A stretch of DNA of 60,906 nt, the filler included, from Sphacelaria rigidula (taxonomy: Eukaryota), in the NCBI GenBank assembly GCA_964200075.2. It is 10 parts of 10 records of this genome, joined end to end, with 100 filler letters (N's around TTAATTAATTAA, not from the genome) between each part and the next. Parts side by side here need not be neighbours in the genome. Positions count along the whole stretch, not along the records: positions 48,807 to 54,806 come from CAXNAA020022896.1; positions 54,907 to 60,906 come from CAXNAA020022897.1; 8 more parts are not named here. One strand, given 5' to 3'. The notes below the pieces were generated by a model. It was not told where the DNA came from, ran no database searches, and saw only the letters and a program-made list of their open reading frames with translations. Made by a program: the position numbers and the translations under genes. Positions 52,801 to 60,906 of this stretch are shown here, in pieces (position 1 is the stretch's first letter; the number at the start of each line of letters is the position of its first letter).

Positions 52801-54650
52801 TCATCTCGCGCTTCATGGACCCCCGATCCGGTCGCCGGTTCAGTTATTCATGTTCAGAGTACCAGAGACGCATTCAGCGCGAATTTTGATGGTTGGCCGT
52901 TCTCCGAGGAAGCTTGGGATGATGTTTATTTGACTTCAACACCGGCATTCATTACAGATTACCCCCATTTGTGGAACCCACTTCTTTCGTCTTCCGCTAG
53001 ACGCAATGCCTTCAGCAGTCATGCCAACAGTTGCGTCAACTGTAGTGTTCAAGGTCACAGTATGCGCGACTGCAACAGCCCATGCATCAATGCCTTTGAT
53101 CTCATGAACCCTGAGTTGCAGGACAATGAACCCGCGTGGCGCCGATGGCAAAAACGCATGCGCGACTATCGCCCACCTAATCGAAACTACCGTTACAGGT
53201 CGAATCAACGTGGCAACAAAAGCTCTAATCGCGGTCGCCGACAAAACAACAATCACGCAAGCCCTCACCAGAACGATACAAATTCTCACGACACCAGCGG
53301 ATGGGATCAACACAAAGCTCGAATCCCAACACCAGAAATCCTGGTGCCTTCACTACGAATCGCCTAGATCCATGGCGTGCCGACGCCGTCGTTCTTTGGT
53401 CTTCCACGCCGCCGACAGCACGAGCGATTGCTTTCTCAGCACAACCCGAGGAGTCCGTGACTAAGATTGCTCACCCGACTCCCTCGGCATTATCCAGGAG
53501 CGTAACTGACGGCCGTTCGTATCGACCCCCGTCTCCAACCTCCACACACTTTTCAACACAGCCCGCAGAGCCCGCGACTAAGATTGTTCGCCCGGCTCCC
53601 CTGGCACTATGCAGGAGCGCTACTGACGGCCGTTCAGATCGACCCCCGGCTTCATCCCTCCACACACCGCGTAACAGTTGTGTCACCCCGCGACTCAGAC
53701 CTACACCCGGCTTTAAACTTGGTCCTTCAGCACCGAGTATAAGTCTGAGGTGTGGAAGGACCAACGGCCAGTCCCTGAGGCAAAGGCTTTCCTCAGCAAC
53801 CGCACACACAGGTAGTAGCAAGCCTTCTTCAGCTGACCCAAGTGTTGCTGATTTGACCTTGACCAGATCGGATCATGTGATTCCCAATCAGTTGAATCGA
53901 GCTTCTTCCCCGCGATTTTCAACACGCACGGACCTACCTTCGGCCGGTTCTGATAACAACCGCCCCAACATATCTTCGGCTATGACCCAACAGCCAAGCT
54001 TGCCTACGGAAAGTAGCCTAGAAGTTTCGATCCGTCATGCCCCGATGCTGACCTCATCCACGCAACTGGACGCAGTTGTGGTTTTATCCCGAAATGTTTT
54101 GGAAGTACCCCGACCTTTGTCACGGCGAAAGACAAAGTCCCGTAAGCATGCCCTCGAGGACGCGCGCGCATCATCACGTACACCTTTTTCGAGCGGAAAT
54201 TCTCGACCTCAATCTCTCCGAAATGCGACGACTTTGAGTTCGATGGCTCTATCAAGTATCCCGGAAGAAAAAAAATCAAATAATTCTGACGGCACTACTT
54301 CCTCAATCGACGACTCCAGCCTCGCACAATCTGGATGCCCCTTGGACGGCGAACCCTGTCAACCAAAGACTATCATTTTCGAAATCGCCAATAGTCACTC
54401 TGACCGTGCCACATTTGGAAATAATATACCGTCCACTCCCTTCTCTGGTGAAAAATCTGACCCACCGGCGAATCATCCGCCGTGCGTTTTTGCTGTCAGC
54501 GCCGCTGATCCTGACCAATTTACCTTGCCGGAACACGGTCCGGATCTTGTCGGTGGCAAAGTGTCTATAGATCCGGCCACTTTCACTACACGCGTTGCGA
54601 TCCATTCCGGTCCAAACGCTACACGGGTGGCCACTGGGGTCTGTAGCCTG
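49900..54650 (+). mobile_element. Decayed retrotransposon 5' half with a long Gag-like polyprotein (LTR/Ty3-like or YR class), truncated before RT
   Basis: Chain of intronless ORFs (50376-51089, 51114-52496, 52399-52587, 52603-53367, 53301-54707) broken by stops and frameshifts. It shows a coiled coil, a CX2CX4HX4C knuckle CVNCSVQGHSMRDC and a following basic Arg/Asn tract. No protease DTG, RT or LTR seen. Confidence 0.7.
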
Positions 54651-54729
54651 GCCATTTTGGGACCTTATCCACATTTGGTAAGGTCCGCGGATTGGGTGGA
54701 CAACTGAAGAGCATTCGCACAGCATGGAC

Positions 54730-54806
54730 AGGTTCGAAACAAAGCATGTTCCAGTCTACAGGGGAGTCACCCGCCTATAGACTGGGACATGTTTTGTTTC
54801 GAACCT
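54730..54806. repeat. 77-bp hairpin (33-bp imperfect arms), mini-MITE-like
   Basis: aggttcgaaacaaagcatgttccagtctacagg / cctatagactgggacatgttttgtttcgaacct. Confidence 0.8.
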
Positions 54807-55211
54807 NNNNNNNNNNNNNNNNNNNNNNNNNNNNNNNNNNNNNNNNNNNNTTAATTAATTAANNNNNNNNNNNNNNNNNNNNNNNNNNNNNNNNNNNNNN
54901 NNNNNNGTCACGAGTCGACTCATCACACTAAAACCAAGTAATTTTCAGACGAATCATTCCTTGTCCGACCCTTGGTTTCGTGCACTGCATGGGTTGCAAG
55001 GATGAACATGCGCCATGCTGCCACTCCTTCCGGAACATTTTTCACATTCTAGTGTCATATTTAGAGAGTCCAAGGTAGATGTCTCTCTCAGCATAGTCGT
55101 TTACTAGTCGACGCTCGGAGTAAGAGGTAGCAAGCACCAGTCAGGCTTCGTCATATCTTTGAAGTTGCTGCCATTAGCTTTTATACGCCGTCTCGCGCCA
55201 GACGTCGGCGT

Positions 55212-56419
55212 TAGAGGTGGGCACCTGTAAAAAAACCCCGGTTATAACCGGTTCTTGGCAACCCCATTAGGCGTTCACCGGCTACGGTTCTGAAAAAGAA
55301 AACGGAGCTTCTCTTTCCCGGTTTAACCGGGAAAAGGGGGTGTTATTATGGCGGTCAAACCGGTTTTTCCAATGAACTGGTTTAATTGCGAAGTTTGAAG
55401 TTGAGAAATGGAAGTTGAGCAATGACATGACCCCTACTCCTCCCTCGTTTCTTTGGGCATCCGGTTGCAGGGGCGGGCGGGGTGTGGGGTGCACGCAGTA
55501 CCGGGCGCCTGACCTGTTCAGGGTTGTCTGGGGATTTTTCTCGTGTACTCTTCGATAGAACTCGAAAGTGCTAGCGTCGGTAGATTTTGGTAAAATAAGC
55601 AGACCGTCCTCAAAACACAGTGCCCAGTTAGTGTTGGTTGGTGTTGTCGGACGATACGAAAAGATACCCCGTTCATCAGGAGGGTTTTTATTGACCGTGA
55701 AATACAGCTATTCGGCTCTAGTGCAATGAGCAGGTGAGATTTCAGAAGAGCAACCCTGTACATTTCTTCACAAATACGATCGGGACAGGCTCGATCGCCC
55801 GAAAATACCGAAGGGTCAGAATCTGGGCTGAAAGGTGGCAGGACCCCGATGACCGGTCAGCCCGTAAGTCGCTCAATATTGCGTAAGATGATTTTTTTCT
55901 TTTTTGGAATGTGGAGTGGATACAAGTATCTGTAGATACCCCGTGTGATGAGCGGTGGCAAGCGAAAGAGCCCAAAAAAATCGACAATTTCGAAGAAAAT
56001 ACAAAATGAACAGTTCAAGTGCTTACTGCTTTAGCTTTTTCTCTCGACACCCTGTGTTCGCTAGGCATAGATAGGTGCCAGATTTTGACAGCAGCTGTTC
56101 AAGTAATCAACACCATTTTCTATTACGCATTGAAATCGTTGTCACCAGTCACCGTGCTGTAAGTTCGACAGGTGTTCCACGCGTGCGGAGATGTGAGATT
56201 GAACCTTGCCGTCACCGACAATGGGTGTGTTTGGGCGTATCGATCACACACCACACACGAAGAAGACGACGACAACGCCTAACTCACCTGCGCTTCGATG
56301 AGTTGGGGGCATTTATCCTTGCTCCTCAGGTTCAACTGTTTTCCCGGGGAACCGGTTAAACCTGCTGAAAAAAACGGGTAAACCGTTTTTTTGTATCTTG
56401 TATCCGGTGCCCACCTCTA
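55212..56419. mobile_element. Non-autonomous hAT element with perfect 8-bp TSD
   Basis: 14-bp TIR TAGAGGTGGGCACC/GGTGCCCACCTCTA. GTCGGCGT at 55204-55211 and 56420-56427. Repeated subterminal AACCGG motifs. Confidence 0.9.
55496..56028. mobile_element. Tc1/mariner-like MITE nested in the hAT element
   Basis: Collinear with 21895-22426. Ends cagtaccgggcgcctgacctgttc / gaacagttcaagtgcttactg. Confidence 0.75.
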
Positions 56420-59255
56420 GTCGGCGTACAGCCGAGTCAAAGATGACAGAGTATTCTGTCGAGGCCCGCTGTGAAGCTGCTCGGGAAGAGGATAACGTCC
56501 CCTTACAGACAGTACCATAGCGTCTGTCGGTGAAATCAAGACAGACTGACCACGACAGGGGCGATGCTCTTCTCTTCTTCCATCAGAGTCAAACCGCGGC
56601 TTTGTCGAGCGTGGTTCGTAATATCTCGACCTTTCTCTAACATGCACTTCATGCGACCTTATGCGGACTCTTTAGCCGTTTTATTTGCTCTGAGTGTGCG
56701 AGTAATTTGCTCACTAATTTGCAACTTTCACGGAAATATCGCCAGTATTCCAGCCTGGCCGAGGCGTGGTTCGCGCGGTACAGTCAGTACGGTACTGCCG
56801 ACTCCGAGCACACAGTGCCAACTTTGTCCTGCATTTCTGTAAAAATATCAAGGGTCAGACGAATCGATGATTCGTGTGGAAATTACTTGATTTTAGTGTA
56901 GTTGATTCGTACCGTGCGAATCAATCTTTAGGCTTTGTATTCAGCGTTGCAACCCAGGTACGCGCAGCCCAGGCACGTGGAATGGCGTAAAAGTTGCCTG
57001 GAGACCTATTTGACCAGCGGTCGACTCTTCTCTCTCTTTCGAGTAATCAGGCCCAAGAAATCGTGGGTTCGGTTATTCGAACCGGCAATGGTTCGTCCGA
57101 ACCGTGAATAATATACAAATCGTGTATTAAACGCTTCCTCCTCCATAGTGACATGAAATCCTTTGCCATCTGGGCGCCTCAGCTCTAGATATCGTCCGCA
57201 TCGATAGCTTTCCGTGCTGGTGTAGATACCTCTCTTCCAAGGTGCACCACGTCTAACGTCAGCATAGTTCACGGCGCGGAGCATGGCAGTTTCGGATGTT
57301 CCCCCCGTGTAACAAATTCAAATTTCGGAGAAAAAGAAAACACTGCTTCGCGTTATGGGGTAGCTCCGAGTCGCTTCACATGAATTGCGGTCATTGTGAA
57401 GGCTGAAGCAATGGTACTCGTAGTACCGTGAACAGGAGATGTTGTGAAAGCCTGCGAGCACTCACCCACCTACTGTCAACTGGGCATGATAGTCCAGCGC
57501 ATTCAAGACAAAAATTGGTATATAAATGATGACAATGAGAGCTTGGGGCTGGGTTCGAGGTGCAGGGTAAGAGTTGAACCTCCAAGCGTTCGTGCTGATT
57601 GTTTTCAGTGTTTTCTGCATTGCTGACAGCTTCTCTCCGAAACCCGTTGATACTGGAGAATTACCCAGTTTCTGTCGAGGTAAATGGACCATCGACCATT
57701 GCGCAGGGGCGAATACGATTGAGATGTGGGCGCCTGCCTCCACGTTTTATTTAGGAATTTTCATCGCAAATATTTCGCCCCCAAAAGCTCACTCGACGCA
57801 CGGCCAACGAGCTATCGGGGTGCCGAGAGGGTTTTAAGTTAGGTTTGACTTCTGGGAGGTGGTCGCTCCTTTCTTCACCCCAGCGAGGCACAGACAACCT
57901 TTGCTCTCTGGATTGGTATTCGGATAAGCACGTGTTCAACCGGGAACAGAGAAGATTTGGGGGTACAGGCGGCAGATGATGAGTATCGGCAAAAAAAAAA
58001 TCTTGCCCTCTTCCGCGCTTTTTGTCTCGTCGTGCTCCTTTTGTTGAAGCTCCCCTTGCCGTAGGTGCTTGAAGGAGGCGTTCACCTTTATTTCATTGCA
58101 AACACGGCTATGCCAGTGAAGATCTACGCGGAGTCCCCGAGTTCAAATATGGTTGTCTGCTGCGATCTCATTGTGGCTTAGTTCCCCCCTTTTCGATTTC
58201 CCGTCTTGAGCCATATGTGTACAAGTCATATATATATATATGTATACGAGCTGGACCAGCATAGAGCTGACTATCCTCCATTTTGGGGAAAAATAATGAA
58301 ATGTACTGCATAATATACGACCGCAATGGCGGAACCAGATTCTGCGAGAAAACAAAAGGTGTACTTGTCGGACTTCGAACTCATCACCTCCGTAGCTAGT
58401 TTCCTGAACCGCTGAGGTTGGTTAACCGGAGTTGAGGTACATTCTATCCATGGTTGACACATTTTACAAGTATCCCTATCCCTATCCCTAACCCGGACCC
58501 CAACCCAAGGTATACCGAGAACCCTCGTGCAAGAGAGGTGCATAGGGTTCCCTAGGCAAGGTGTGGCGTTGGTAAACCCAGCATCGGCGCCTGTGGCGTC
58601 GATTTGAACGAAAACGCGTTCCGTGTTGGCTAGGAGCACACGAGACTGTCAAGCCCCACTTTAGATCTGATTCTCGTTCTTCACACTCGAATCAAGTGAT
58701 AATCAACTATGGGTAAATTGTAGCCCAAATCCGGCAAGCTTTACTGGTACTGCTTGGACCGCCGGGACACAGGGGTGTCGTCGAAGAAGTGGAACACCGC
58801 GTGCCCAATTTTAGAAATTTTGAGCCGAAATCTTACGAGAAACTTCCGCAAGCAAGTTTGGAATTCTTCACGCAAGCAACAGAAGTTTTTTTTCCATGGA
58901 GTGATGTCATTTTCTTTCACCGACCTGATTTGTTTTTTTCTATATTCGAACCCCAAGACCTGCCAGACTATAGGACGGCATATCTGTACCGTTATACATG
59001 AACCAAAATGCACGGTCCGATTGAGGGAGTTTTGAGCTGAAATTTCGTACGTTCTTCTACACGTCAATACTCAACAACGTGTTGCCTTAGCCGTATAAAT
59101 ATATGTGTGCGTCTATGTGTTGGATCACGACCAAACATTCCGCACCGCGTGGACTGCCGTCGAACAAATTTAGCTAAACATCCTTTTTTGCAACTGACGT
59201 CTTCGCGTTTTTAGCAAGAGAAATGAATCAGATGCTTTGAAAAAAAACAAGGGGG

Positions 59256-59332
59256 AAAAATGCGTACAGGTCGGGGCTCGAACCTGGATACTTCCGCCCC
59301 TAGCTGCAGCTGGTTGCCGTTGAGCTGTTTCA
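59256..59332 (-). pseudogene. tRNA-derived sequence (pseudogene or SINE head)
   Basis: Minus strand has box A-like AGCTCAACGGCAA, box B GGTTCGAGCC and a following T-run. No clean cloverleaf. Confidence 0.5.
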
Positions 59333-59524
59333 GTTTTAGACCACCACCAAGGATGCGCCGCTTATGCATTTTGGATTGATAATCCTCCAAGGCGTCTCAT
59401 GAAATCAACCGATACTCAGCCCCAAGCAAACACCGACCAGGTGTGTGTGTGGGGGGGCATATCCCACTCCCAGGTTGAACTGTTGGATCTTCAATCCCGC
59501 CACCTCGGTCCACACTCCCGCACC

Positions 59525-59652
59525 CCCGAACACACCACGGTGGTTGATTGCGAGCCTGATCTGGCGAAAACCCGGCGTGCTCCGTGCCGGCTTTGTAGGA
59601 ATGCGAGTTCAATGGTCGTATGGCTGCGGCATGCAAGATCATGAGTTCACCC
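59525..59652 (+). mobile_element. SINE-like family B fragment
   Basis: ccgaacacaccacgg..ggcgaaaacccggcgtgctccgtgccggctttgtagg..gatcatgagttcaccc. Confidence 0.7.
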
Positions 59653-60829
59653 GTAGTTTGGGTCTTGTCGTGATGTATGCACCCTTGACGTGTGAGTGAT
59701 TTCTCGATTTTGACTTTTGCCATGACGCAGTAAACGCCTGTCCTATCTTCCTCTTTTTTTACTTCAACAGGTATGTTTCTCTGGATGGCATGTTTTAGCG
59801 AAGGTGGCTCTGAATGACGGGGTTAATGCGGTGGCGCTGGCGCTCGCGAGAGGGGTTTGCTCGACAGCCCTCATGTTCATCGTTGCGCGAAGGTGTGGTG
59901 ATGGGTCGGTGGATGGTTGATTGTGTTGCTGCACGGTGACCGATCCTGTTCAGATCCAGGTGTGATGGAGGCATATATCCATGTGCGATGTATGCGTCGG
60001 GGGAGACACGGGTTGAAAACTTGACACCAGGGACTCGTCCCGACGAAGGGGAAGGGTTGAAAAGTGCACAAATATGAAGGCATGTGTAGGAAACGTGCAG
60101 AGCGTGCGACGGACGTTAAAACCCCCAGTGAGGACGATTCAAGCCAAGGCAAGCAGTGTATTCATCAGCGATAGTTTTTTCTTGGGGATGTCATAATCTT
60201 GGAGGGATGGAACGATTGGTGACAGCGGTCCGTCTCCGAGGGGGTAGCGGTATGGATAGATGGAAACTGGAACGCTGTGTTTTCGAATTATGTGTATGCT
60301 TCATATACCGCGAACGAGTTTTGACGACCACAAAATTCCTCACAGATATAGTGATGCTTTGAAGAACCTTGGCTGCAGCGCCAAACGGTATATGTCGCCC
60401 CACACTTCACCAGACAACCAAAAAATGATGCAGGGATGCTGGGTGATGAGTAGTGTCGCTGGCCCTCCCTCTGTTGAAAGAGAGGCACGGGTCGGCCACG
60501 CCTGCGATGATGAAGTTGAAGATCGATTTTTTACCTGTCCATCAGGGATGTAATTTTTTTTACAAGTTGCCGCCGCGCACCAATTTGGTCAAACCGGTGC
60601 AACGTACCGTCATCTGCCCCTTCCGGTGGATTGGTGAGGTTGAATCCCGAGGGCAACTGTGGATTCATTGCTTTCCGTCGTGCAACGCGCGGGGACATGA
60701 GTCGACAAAAAATCGACGAATGTCGACAAATGTGAGAGCACTGATTCATTTCTCGATGAAAAAATATCTTGGTACGTACGAGGGGAGAGGTAGACTGATT
60801 CCTTGAGACCACGGACTCGCCCCGAGGGC

Positions 60830-60906
60830 GGGGGGGCGTACTCATTTGTTGCTTGCCTTAGTCGTTTGACCATTGACCACGCATCCCTTTCGAGACGGAG
60901 CACAGG
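60830..60906 (-). mobile_element. LINE family A 3' terminus with C-tract
   Basis: Near-identical to 5934-6001 (gggggggcgtactcatttgttgcttgccttagtc..catccctttcg). Confidence 0.78.

Noticed and set aside
53301..53367. Programmed -1 gag-pol frameshift
   Set aside because: No clear slippery heptamer, and the element has several other disabling frameshifts and stops.
6002..54906. Regularly spaced TTAATTAATTAA motif, and any gene-cluster reading across it
   Set aside because: Artificial linkers between unrelated contigs; adjacency across them has no biological meaning.

Overview
This is not one locus. It is ten unrelated ~6.0 kb eukaryotic contigs (6001 or 6000 bp, apparently size-sorted) joined by artificial 100-bp spacers (44N-TTAATTAATTAA-44N). 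Short spliced exons in repeat-filled introns, TTAGGG repeats, WxxxTCxxAAxxGHLExLQW ankyrin arrays and a phaeovirus-type beta-helix gene point to a brown alga (Phaeophyceae; inference). Supportable gene fragments, with phase-compatible splice sites read from the sequence: a Rab-GAP TBC protein with an F-box-like motif, a probable type II membrane sulfotransferase, a VOC/glyoxalase protein, three carbamoyl-phosphate synthetase exons, a parallel beta-helix protein and an F-box-like/ankyrin gene with a GC-AG intron. Mobile DNA includes a decayed LINE, Gag-like retrotransposon ORFs, a hAT element with a perfect 8-bp TSD, several MITE/foldback families and a SINE-like family. The most unusual signal is that two otherwise unrelated retroposon families share a 3' end, ATGAGTAC(R)C, and run into C-tracts rather than poly(A). 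Some copies have C-tracts on both sides, suggesting poly(C)-tailed or C-tract-targeting retroposition.
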